A stretch of 63,908 bases of DNA, counting the filler, from Licmophora abbreviata (Eukaryota), in the NCBI GenBank assembly GCA_900291995.1. It is 15 parts of 15 records of this genome, joined end to end, with 100 filler letters (N's around TTAATTAATTAA, not from the genome) between each part and the next. Parts side by side here need not be neighbours in the genome. Positions count along the whole stretch, not along the records: positions 33,890 to 36,196 come from OLMU01004074.1; positions 36,297 to 39,143 come from OLMU01004075.1; positions 39,244 to 41,759 come from OLMU01004076.1; positions 41,860 to 50,416 come from OLMU01004078.1; 11 more parts are not named here. The stretch is one strand, 5' to 3'. Each line of letters starts with the position of its first letter. The first letter of the stretch is position 1. The notes beneath the pieces are model-generated. The model was not told the origin of the DNA, searched no databases, and was given only the letters and a program-made list of their open reading frames with translations. A program made the position numbers and the translations under genes. Below are positions 34,011 through 45,507 of this stretch, piece by piece.

Positions 34011-36520
34011 CTAGCGTCTCGGCGGTTGGTCATTGTGTCGGCTTCGTCGGCGAGAAGGCCCCCCTCTCTGACCTCTGCCGTTGCGATATCCAGGGGGCTC
34101 CGGCGGCATAAACCGGCCATGGGAAGGCTCGGGGTAATCGTGCCTCTGTACCTGTGGAGGTCTCCTGGCCGGGTCGTGGGGCGCTCCACCGCCCCTGTGG
34201 TAGTCGCGACGGAAAGGCTCCTCCACGGGCGCATCGTGTTGGCTCCCTTCTTCCCTCCGACGGGAGCGGCCTTCACGTTCCCGCCCATCCGATCTTTTAC
34301 TTCGTTCCCTTTCTCGCGAGCTGGCGTGACGTTCACGGTCGCTCTTCCTGTGCAGGTGTTGGCCACCATCTCTCTCCCTCCTACTATCTCGACGTTCGCG
34401 TTCATGGTGTCGCGACGGGTCGCGACCGTGGTCACGATGCGATGATGTTCGGTGTCGCTCCTTGTGCTTCGAACGCTCTCTAGGAGAAGATTCAAGATGT
34501 CGGGAAGAGCGCTCTTGAGGAGAAGATTCGAGCTGTCTGGGAGCGCTCGCTCGAGGAGAAGACTCAAGTTGTCGAGAAGAAAGCTGGTCTCGGCTACTTG
34601 CACCGCGGCCTTCTTCATAAGTATCATTCTTCGATTTTTCCAACTTTTGTTTCTTCGACGATCGGTCTTCGGATGGCTCCACGGCACCGACACCGTTGAC
34701 GTCCCACTCCTCGCGACGGCTGTGATTTCTGTCGTCCGTTTGATCCATTCGTTGTCGCTTTTGACTCGAAGGGTCTTTCCCATGGCTCCGTGCCGCAGGA
34801 TCTTTATGATTGGCCCTATCTCTTCCATCCTGCCGCCTGTCGCCCGGCATGTCTTGTTCCTTGATATCGCTGCTTTTACGAAGCATATCTTTTGCGCGCG
34901 CAACACCATCCTGAGAAGCCTCCATCGGTCTCGGGGCAGCTCCATCGATTTTTCGTGAGGGCACTGTTCCTAGCGCAGCATTTCCTTCCTCTGCAACCTT
35001 CTTCATGCATTCGCGATAGACAGCGTCGTATTCCGCTTCGGCTTCCTTCTCGCTCAAGCCCAGGGTTCGAGCGTCCTCGCTAGCCTTTTTCGCCACAGTT
35101 TTGGCCTCGCGTCTTTTCTTTTTCGTTTGAAACTCATGAAAGTGTCCGCCACCTCCACCAAGTTGCAACATTCCTAGCTCGGCCGGATTGTCTGGAGCTC
35201 TTGGCTCCGACAAGAAGTACCGCGATGTCAGTGCCCGGTTGGCCGTTAGGCGCTTCTTCGGATCGAGTTCGAGCAACTTTTCCAACAAATTCAAAGCTGG
35301 AACAGGCAGCTTCGATCCATATCTGTCGCGGAGTCTCGGTTTTCGATGCTTGTCAATTGCGACTTCGCCTGTCCGCAACAACTTCAAGTCATTCAATCCC
35401 TCCCATGTTTCGGCGGTAGGCGTTCCCAGTAGATCAAAGATAAGCTGCAGTTGATCCATTTCTGTCTTTCCCGTCAAGAGCGGCTTCCCCAATAGTAGCT
35501 CTGCCAAAATACACCCTGCGGACCAAACATCGACAGGAAACCCGTACCGAGTTGCGCCCAGCAATATCTCGGGAGGCCTGTACCACAGCGTAATTACCTT
35601 GTTTGTGAGTTCCTGCTGTCCTCCGCGACTGGATCGGAGTCAGAAAGCGCAAGCGACGGAAAGTTAGTAAGGAGGGGAGGGGGCACCTGAAGCGCTCAAA
35701 GAGATTTCAAGTGATACTTACTCGGTAAATGTGTCGAGAATGGGAGGTTCGATGCATCGAGCCAAGCCAAAGTCGGCCAATTTGACACGAAAGTGGGAGT
35801 CGATCAAGATATTAGAACTTTTTATGTCTCTGTGAACGTACTTGTTGTCGTGCATGTATTCCAAGGCTTCCAGTAGCTGTCGAAAGATGCTCTTTACTTG
35901 CACTTCGGTAAAGCGATACGCCACGTCCATGAGTCCAGTGAGATCGTGCGAAACGTACTCTAGAACCAAATAAATGTTTCCCTTGTACCCCTCGCGAGCA
36001 TCTACGACTCTATCTTTCTTAGAGGAGTTACGCTTACTACCCTTTTCTTCCGGCGGAGGGTCATTTTCATCGAGATACTCCACCCCCTTGGAACTTACCA
36101 CCTCCAGCATTTCGACCAGATGCGGATGACGGAGGCGTTTCAGTATCTTAATTTCGCGCAGAACAGTGGGCGGCATTCCCCAGTAGCCGCCATGATNNNN
36201 NNNNNNNNNNNNNNNNNNNNNNNNNNNNNNNNNNNNNNNNTTAATTAATTAANNNNNNNNNNNNNNNNNNNNNNNNNNNNNNNNNNNNNNNNNNNNATTT
36301 CGCGCAGAACAGTGGGCGGCATTCCCCAGTAGCCGCCATGATGGACACGGATTTTCTTCATGGCCACGATTCGACCGGAGTCCAAGCATTTCGCTCGGTA
36401 AACCTGGCCGTATGTACCCTCGCCAATCTGTTCAATGCGCTCGTAGTGGGCCAACGTGCGAGTCATGCGGTCCCACCCCGTTGGAGCATGCGTCATGTGC
36501 GAAGCCGACTGAGAAGACAT
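34011..36520 (-). CDS. Transcriptional CDK (CDKC/CDK9/CDK12-like) with Arg/Ser/Glu-rich C-terminal tail; intron 35721-35629, continuous across linker 36197-36296
   Basis: [74 protein letters not shown] and HFHEF. 46 nt duplicated across the gap. Confidence 0.93.
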
Positions 36521-39375
36521 GACGGCGGGACTGCTGCTGCCCGTCGATGCCACTACTAAACCTGAGGGTGATTTAATATGTTCGAGGGAGAGAGGGGGCA
36601 CTGAAAGCGACAGAAGCGGCCGAAAGGCGACCCTACTTTGGTCATTGTCGCGCTGCACTTTTTTCTGAAGACAAGAGAGAGTTGGCTCTTAGGCGCCTGT
36701 TTGTGGTGAGGGATGAAGCTCACGGATTAGAGGTAGCGTGATTCCTCATTCCTGATTCCTACTTTTGCCGGTCGCAGACCTTAGGATGCAGACCAACGAC
36801 CATCCCTCAACTTTGGAATAGGTGAGGACACTTGTAACCTACGTCTATACGCACCTACTCCTATAACAGGGACATCGAATGCACCGGGTAATTCCAATCT
36901 CATCATGACAGACGGCTGCAAAATATGTCAAACTACGCACTCATCCTCCGCAGAACGGAAGCGATGCGGACGGTATATCCGCTGCACAGCAAGTAATTCG
37001 CGAAAGAATAGAACCCACTGTGTATGGTAGCCTACTTTGGGGCCATTTATGTCTTAAAGTTGCGGCCTGGAGTTGGAAACTCATCGGGGAGGATACCTGT
37101 CGGATCAATTTGCTCCGCCGACTCCAACGTCACGGACCGAAGGTAGTCGTCGCCATCGCCCAGTATGGCGACGGTAACGAAGCGAAAAATGTGTGCCTTT
37201 GCTGCAGAACTATTCTTTGGTAGTACAGATGTAGGATCCATGGTGTGACAACACGTTCCGATCCAGCAATGGTCACGAAGAACACGTGATCTCTGCGTGA
37301 TGCAGTGCGAATTCATACAATCTTGGCGACGAAGTGGTCGTGTCGATACAATCTTCGATGGAGAGACTCAATTAGCCCATTAGAGCTTTCCCCGCAAATC
37401 TATCTGAGCACATAGGATGTGTGAGTGAAGTCTATCGGGAATAAAAGACGTCGCTTCATCGAAAACACACCTTTCGGGTCAGATTTCGTCGTTTGCAGCC
37501 TTCCAGGCGGCCTTTTTCACCTAAACTCCCATCGGCAGACAGTGCGTTGAGCGAGCTCCCCTCTGCAGCACCTCTAAACCTCTTCCTGTACTATGGGTAA
37601 CCTTGTGGTAGCACGAAATCGTTCGTGGGGTATTTAGAGTAGCGATTTCGGCCCATTTTGGAGAATCGCGTGAAAAAAACAACGCAGAGAATTATCAGTA
37701 TGTCGACTCGTTTCTCTCGTCGTATGTGCCTTCAGTTAACCAGCTGTGCACAGCTGGCTTTCTAATATTATGGCTTGCACTTGAAAAGTGGTTGGTGGGC
37801 GCAAATTTTATCTTCGACACGTCTGATAGTCAAGAAACCAGGGGTAGACAAGTACGTTGATTGGAGGCTTACAACAACATATCATACCACCACGACAGTG
37901 ACAAGCCCAGCAAACGTTTCAGACAACGTAGACGCTTCCACTGACATAGTGAAGTGCACTACGGGGCATTTAGAGATGCGAACGAGTTCGGAACGCCCTT
38001 CTTGGGAGTTGTGTCGTGTCTTTTCAGTCAAACTTGCGAGTAAAGTCGACTGAACATGACATTTGGCATTCTCCTCAACAGCATCGCGAGAATGGAGAAC
38101 GCGTTGCTGAACGCGGCTATATTTTCGTGGCCACGGTATATATGAACTAGAAACATGGACGCGAGGACGATTAGAAGACCAGTGTCGAAGGTATGACGCG
38201 AGTACGGATCAGACGGCGTGTACGGCACTTACCAGAAAACAAAACCTTGGAGTGCATATTCAACTGGGAACTCACAGAACCTGAATAGCTTCGATGTCGT
38301 GGGCACATTTCCGGGTCTAGCACCATTCCAGATCCTCTTTCACTCGGTTGATTGTTACTTGTAGTCGGTTATTGGCTCTGGCGGGCCACGATCGCATGGC
38401 TTCCAAGAAGATCCCGTTCATGTTTGCAGCCCATATTCCATCTTTCAATATGGACTTGTACATGCACACGTAATCCCGCCCTCAGTATTATCAACTTAGG
38501 AGCTGTAGAAGACTGGCAGAATGGCTATGCATGAATTTTGAGGAGCGCCGAAGCTCAAACCTATCTTTTTTCTGTCAGGGGCCTTCGTCCAGGGGCCCCC
38601 CGAGCGACAAAACACGTCATGTTAGACAACCAAGATCGCGCACGAGAGGCTCCACGACGGCAACCTGCTCTTACCTTACACATAGGTAATCGGTCTCTTT
38701 GGGTGGAACGACGTTCCTAAGGGCGAATATCAATCTTAACCCCCACTTTCGGTAGCTGAGCGTGGTTCTCGACCAGATCCGGGTAGCATTTCGTGCGTTT
38801 GAGGGCCCAAAAGATTGACGAAAACTCTTCTTGCCTATACCATCTTCTCAGCTTTGTCAATACAGATACGGGAAATCTGCCGTGGACTCTACAATCTGTA
38901 CAGGCACCATATTCTTAGCCTTTTCGACCCCAACGGCGATGCAAGGAGTAAACATCCGGGTGCCCAAGTGGATGCTTTTTCTCACAGGACCCAGGACGTT
39001 TCACATGATCAAGCCTCTTCTCCTGCACAACTACTACAGTAAAGAAAGAACGACAATTGAAACCATCTGTGCGGTGGAATGCAAATAGCAATGGCGAAGA
39101 CCCACTGCAAAGACGGCTTATCATACCACCAGTAGAGAAAGCGNNNNNNNNNNNNNNNNNNNNNNNNNNNNNNNNNNNNNNNNNNNNTTAATTAATTAAN
39201 NNNNNNNNNNNNNNNNNNNNNNNNNNNNNNNNNNNNNNNNNNNTTTTGATTTCTGACGCGTTCGCGCCAAACAGGACTTTCTAGTCGAATGGGTCAGCTC
39301 TCTGATTTCGCTGCTCCCGACTTCTGCCGCCCAAAACAAAATACTCTAGCGTACGACGTAGCAACGACTTCGACC

Positions 39376-40062
39376 ATGGGAAATAAGGCCTCGACCGTAG
39401 CTGATGCGCCTCCAGGAGGTACTTCTGACACAGAAACGGGAGTCTTTTTGGCAGAGGAATTCCAGCGTACGTAATTCTATGTTGATTTGTGGAATCAGGA
39501 CGATGTTTCGAACTCGAAACTGAACATATACACGCTTCTTCTTCCGGCCATCCACAGAGAAGATCTTGCAAGACTTTCAAAGTTCCATTCTCAAGGACGA
39601 ATGGGAAAAGCGTCAAAAGTATCTGCTGGCGAGACATAATAAGCGTCGGTTGGAAGATATGCAGCACCAAGAGGCCCACGAGCAACAACAGATGGCCTTT
39701 CGACAGGAGAACGAAGCGACACAGAGTCGACTGGATCAGCGCACGGACGAGCTTCTGGCACGCTTTGCGGATTCCACCGTCGCCTTGCAACATGATACGA
39801 CACGGCTTGAGAAGGAGCACGTGGCGGAGAGACGAAAGGTATGTGTATTTTGAGGTACGAGAAGGTGAAGAAATGTATGAGATCATGGCCCCGCCCTCAA
39901 AATCTCTTTCGTTCACAATAGACCGGAGCCGAAATTCCGTGCTCCAACGCAAGGCGTAAGCTATCGACGTGCTTCAATGGCCATGCGGGTGAAGTTAAGG
40001 AATGCGATGTGTTTGTTGAGGCTCTGGAGAATTGCGTACGAAAGACCGTGGTGAAGACGTAG
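39376..40062 (+). CDS. Mic19/CHCHD3-like protein: N-myristoylation motif, coiled coil, twin CX9C; exons 39376-39466, 39558-39838, 39922-40062
   Basis: Spliced product MGNKAS...EEFQQKILQDFQ...coiled coil...C-SNARRKLST-C-FNGHAGEVKE-C-DVFVEALEN-C-VRKTVVKT*. Confidence 0.75.
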
Positions 40063-40945
40063 TTACCATCCAAGCAAGCTCTGAAGTAGAGACGACTACA
40101 AGACTCCTCCGCGTATGTCGTAGTTAGTTTATGCACATGAACGCATTTCTACCTGTTTCTATTTTCGGGTTCATGAAATGTCCATGCAGATCGATACTGC
40201 TCACCCCGAGGACGTTCAGATGTATTGTGACGACGGGCCTTGTCCGCGGATTGCTGGATTTCGTCTATTAACGGCAGCCTGGAAGGCTGCAAGCGAGGTT
40301 AACCCGTCCTTTGTTGAAATGGCTTCGCGTCTTCTTCTCAAAGGCTTTCCTAGACGCCATCCACTACGCCAGGTGTCATCTTCTTGTGAGGGGTGCCAGG
40401 GTGGGTAGATGAATGAATCATATTGTCCTCCCTGATCACGAGCTATTTCAACAATCATTATCAACGGGGGAGCAGAGGCAAAAGTTGAAAGTGGGAGTGG
40501 AGCTGTCCAAAGGCCGGCGGACGTCGGATTTTCAAACCATTTATTCAGTACATCCATGAAGATGTATATATTGCTAAATCAATATACATTGCCCGATATA
40601 TATTTATGAATCCAAATCAACCGTCTCACAATTTCGACCTGAGCCGCCGGCGACCTGAGAGACTCTCAACTTGCTCATGAGACGTCACACACACGGCCGA
40701 TTCGACAGCAAAAGCGTCGCTGGAGCCGACACTGTGACCCCTTCTACGGACCAGCGATACGTAAGTTGCCGCTAGAGATGTGATCGCATTCTGGACACTC
40801 ACTTTGGTGAACTTTCGAGTCGTGATTGATTTTTCCATGTCCGGGATCTTTTCGAACGAACGATAATCCATTACTCATCACTCACTCGCTCGTGATATTT
40901 TTCTTTCAGTTACCGAGGAAGCCCGAGACACTGTCGAATTCGCAG

Positions 40946-43724
40946 ATGAAATCCAGAGTAGCGAGCAGAATAAGATGGAACTTGAGCGCCATGGCTCTGG
41001 TATTGCTGCCACGCTGCCCAGTTGCCCTTGAACTGGTATACAACGGGGAATGCACCCGTGCACAGAAATGTGGGCTTTGTGAGGGCGACTGCGACGGGGA
41101 TCAAACCTGTGCTACTGGGCTATCCTGCTTTGAGCGCGTTGGCACATACCCTGTCCCGGGATGCGAGGGCCAAGGTGTACCACACAAAGACTATTGCTAC
41201 ATGGCAGAATCATTGACTCTTCCACTCCGAGAGCGGGTTGTTCGTTGCTGGCAGGGCCGGCCATGTAGCTTATGTCAAGGTATGTGAAACGCGGCGGGAC
41301 AGAAGAACTGAAAGAATACCACCGGTACTTTCGTTCCAATTGCTTATTTTACCGTTGTATTGGTCGAGGACAGGCGACTGCAGCACAGATGCAGACTGTC
41401 TGGGCACCCTGTCATGTTTCCACCGAGGCAACACTGAAACTGTTCCTGGGTGCTCCGGCGACGGGATCGCAAACTACAACTACTGCTTCCTGGCTCCCGC
41501 AGATAGACAAGATGAGACGCCGGCACCTGATATGCGGCCCTCACCATCTCCCATTGAACCCACAATGCCAGAGCCTATTGAAACGCCAGGACCCGTAGAA
41601 ACACCAGCGCCTATTGAAACGCCAGCGCCTTTTGAAACACCAGCGCCTGTTGAAACGCCAGCGCCTGTTGAAACACCAGCGCCTGTTGAAACACCAGCGC
41701 CGATTGAAACGCCAGCGCCTGTTGAAACCCAGCGCCTATTGAAACACCAGCGCCTGTTGNNNNNNNNNNNNNNNNNNNNNNNNNNNNNNNNNNNNNNNNN
41801 NNNTTAATTAATTAANNNNNNNNNNNNNNNNNNNNNNNNNNNNNNNNNNNNNNNNNNNNGTCTCCCGCTAGGCCAACTGAAGAAATTACCCCTCCCCAAC
41901 CCGGTCACCGACTCCGCTTCCAACTCGTTCTCCGAAGCCTGATCCGACCGTTGCGACACCAGATCCGACGTTGGCTTCACTTTCAACTGCTCCTACTTCG
42001 TCTCCCTCTCGGCTTCCAACTGACGAAGTTACTCTCTCCCCAACAGAGGACTCTTTTGGTGAATACTTTGACCAACCAGACTTGAAATGGTCTGTCCGGC
42101 TGAATGCAAACACTGGAAAAGGAAACGCCGCTATATTCAGCCCAGACGATGCGCTTATATACGTCACACACAACGAGGGATCTCTAAATGTCCTATCCGC
42201 CGCCAATGGCGACGAGCAGTGGAGTGTCAGTCCAAACAAAGGAACACGTGGATGGGCAGTAACATGTACAAGTGGCGTTACGTTTGGCGAGGCTGAGGGT
42301 CTTGGCGAGTTTGCGGTATACGCAATAGTCGACAGGGCGCCAGATGATAGTGGAAGCGAGTCAGAGAGTAGGATAGTTGCGGTCTCTCATCCATTGAATG
42401 AAGTGCTCTGGATCTCGTCACCCATTCCTGGAGAGGTTGCTGGTACGCCTATCGTGACGAAGAGCACTGGCACCACCGGTTCGTACATCTTCATTACACA
42501 TAACGTGGGAGAGATTGAGGTTCCAGAGGGTTTCTTTTCGATGTTGAGCGTGCTCGATGGAGCCGTTTTGTTTTCAGAGGGAGCTGGAGACCTTGTTGCG
42601 GAAGACAGGCTTACCTACTCTCCACTCGGTCTGGCCTGCTCTCCATCGTATGGAAAATATTCTGGCGGAGAGAACAATACAAACCCGCTCTTAGCGTGGT
42701 CAACCAGTCATATGGATGGACTTGGACGGGAGGGCTATATGCGGGTGTTTCAGCTACCGATGAATTTCGATGCTACAGTGGACCGTGGTTCTCTCGCAAC
42801 AACACGGCTACCTGATGTCGGCTGGAACGCCATAACAAGACCGACACTATCTCGGAATGGTCTGAATCTCTTTGTGACTATGCGACAGAGTCAGGTCCGA
42901 GGGTGGGTTCGACAACGGACGTTCGACGATGCCGCAAACTGGAGAGTTGAATTGCAGACAGACGCAACTGCAGAGGATCTCCGTAAGTCGAAAGCAACAC
43001 TAACGCATGTAACTTGCAATTTTTGTACTCACAACCACCATTTCACGACATGCGACAGCAATTGGGAATGCGGGTACCCTTTCCGTTGACGAGACGATCC
43101 TTTTTGTCTCCTCTGCCACCGCCTCAGCGGCTGCGATAGACGCAAATGCAGGCACTATCCTTTGGGCGAGGAACAGTACATCGCTGCTCATGAGCGAGGC
43201 AAAGGTCTCTCCCGATGACACTCATGTGTACATGATTCAGGTCAGTGGCTCTCTTAAAGGTGTATTGGAAACTCGGCGACACATAATTCTCGCTCGCTCG
43301 CTCGCTCACTTCATCTGTGCATTATTACTCCCATACTACATAGTCACTGGATGGGCGCGTTCTAGCCCTAAATCAATCTTCTGGGGAACCCATCTGGACC
43401 ATCAGCTGCGATCGCTTTGAAGAAGACTGCGCTAACTCCGTCGAGGCTGAATTCGACGTTTCGGCCAATGGACTCATTTTGGTCTACGTCGACGTCGTGG
43501 GTCGCACGACAGCAATCCAGCTGGGACGAGCCGAGGACCCCACACCTTCTCCGACGGATTATCCTGTCATTGCACCAACGCCAGTGCCTGTTCCAACCGC
43601 AGGGCAGGAACCATCCTCCAGACCAAGTGATACCGGTGCGCCGAGCAGCGACGGGCAACCCACTATTCCATTTCTCTTTTTGTCACCTGTCCTGTGGACT
43701 AGCACGGTGTGGTTGTTGTACTAA
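40946..43724 (+). CDS. Secreted cell-surface protein: two frustulin ACR domains, PVETPA stalk, PQQ-like beta-propeller, C-terminal hydrophobic (GPI-like) tail; introns 41280-41373, 42983-43058, 43241-43343; spans gap 41760-41859
   Basis: CGLCEGDCDGDQTCATGLSCFER..VPGCEG...DYCY and CSLCQGDCSTDADCLGTLSCFHR...VPGCSG...NYCF. Propeller blades SAANGDEQWS, DANAGTILW, NQSSGEPIW. Joining across the gap is inferred from Pro/Thr-rich sequence on both sides. Confidence 0.75.
41571..41759 (+). repeat. 18-bp tandem minisatellite encoding (PVETPA)n, running into the gap
   Basis: About 10 units of GCGCCTGTTGAAACRCCA. Confidence 0.92.
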
Positions 43725-43828
43725 AAGTCTAAGAATAATACCATAGTGTGCGCTTGCTCTACTAGTCTACGCCGCCACCACAGCTACATGTCATATCATC
43801 GTTTCCACCTGTATCGCATTAACTTCAT

Positions 43829-44865
43829 TCAATGACTGTAGAACCCAACCTTCAACACCAACAAGAAAATAACGTGCGTCCCCATGACCGCGAGCAAGAG
43901 AGGTCCCGCCTTGGCCTGCGACACATCGGCCGATAAAAGAGGCGTCGCCACATTTCTCACCACCAAGAGAGCAGAAATCACAGTGGCCACCAGGAGGAAG
44001 GTCCAAATGAAGGCTTCGACCGGAATCAGACACAAGACAGTGGCGGGTACGTAGGGCAAAAGGGAGTATCCATAGAGACAGACCCAGTCGACTAGTTTGA
44101 GAGCCTGCATGCCCAGACACTGCGTCAGTATCCAAAAGACGCAGGGAATTGCCAGAGCAAAGCACGCCAGAACCGTCGTGGCCCGAATCAAGTGCGTAAT
44201 GTCGTACTCGAACTCTTCGACATTGTCAGTGTGCAGATAGGCAGCGATGTTGGAAGTGACCTGAAAGTGAAAAGAAATCAAACGAAAAAAGAAAAATGAG
44301 ATGCTCAATGTTGAGTAGGACACTCGACAGCCCAGAATCCTCTTTGCTCCATACTCACCGCCAGGAAGAAGACTAGAGTCATGGTGGTCCAGAACGGTCC
44401 GTAAAGATCCGGACCCTTCATCATGTTGTTGTCGTCTGGAGACGATCCTCCTCGTTCCACCCCAACGACTTCATTTCGAAAGGCATCACGCTTGTAAAAG
44501 GATGTAAAGACCGCTCTGACCCTAACTCGAATATCAGCAGTGTCGACATCAAAGTAGGATGCGTACGTGTCCATGCGACAACAGCTCTTGAACGCTCCCC
44601 ACCACGACGACCTACCGGTAGGAGGAGAAGGAGGAGGAGGCGCCGCAGTATTCGTACTGACCATTGCAGTACTCATCATTGGGGTCGTCTGCTGCGGTTG
44701 CATGGGAGGTGCAGCGCGGAAGGGATCCTGGGTCATCGGCGCTGCTGCTGTTGCATTGCTGAAAAAGTCTTCTTGCTCGACAGGGGGGTCTGTCGTGGTG
44801 GGATTCGAGCGAAACGGATTCGGGGGGAAATCGTCGGCGTTGCTGTTCGTGTTGGAAGACATCAT
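43829..44865 (-). CDS. Yip1-domain Golgi protein (YIPF1/2-like); intron 44358-44261
   Basis: YASYFDVDT, GPDLYGPFWTTMTLVFFLA and VCLYGYSLLPYVP; five TM segments. Confidence 0.9.
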
Positions 44866-45507
44866 TGTGACGAGCGGTGAGGATGAGACTTTTAAACTGC
44901 AGATTGAAGAATGAGATAAAAGCACGAGAGCAAACGGGTCAAGGAGTGCTCTGCCTCTTTGTCTTGTGTCTCGTCGCCATTGTCAGGCGTTGCCGTCTGG
45001 CCGAATGCTGGCATTGAATGATGAATGACTGAGTATGTCGCAGTGATAAATAAGACGGTTTGTACGTCATCAATAAATGACCCATTCGTGCGTGCTCGTT
45101 GCAACATTACGGGGTAGCTGAGGGAGAGGCGTTCAACTGCCGCATTTCCTTTTACCTGTATGACAATACAATAACGCTAGTCTAAGAGAGCAAGAGAAGT
45201 GATGAGGAGGAGTACCTGGTATGATAACAGTGAAATACCCCACCAAGAAGGCGAAGATAATTCGCGCTCCCTTTTGTTAAATCTGGCCGTCTGCCGTAAT
45301 CGAAATTTCTAATTTCGAAAAGGAAAAAACAAAAAACAAAGAAAAAAACAAATCGGCGCGTAATGTCGGATCGTGAAGTCATCAGAATTGAAACTACTCG
45401 TACTCGTGTTGAGGTATCATCTACTTCAGTGGACTAGTAGACAACTACCCCATCCTATCTGTCTATCTGCTCCTTGTTTATTATCACAACCGCAATAGTT
45501 TGCTATC

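Noticed and set aside
40216..40557. 113-aa ORF as a gene
   Set aside because: No recognisable motif or splice structure; it could be a TE scrap, but there is insufficient support.
41571..41759. CRISPR-like array
   Set aside because: Head-to-tail 18-bp coding minisatellite without unique spacers; eukaryotic context and no cas genes.
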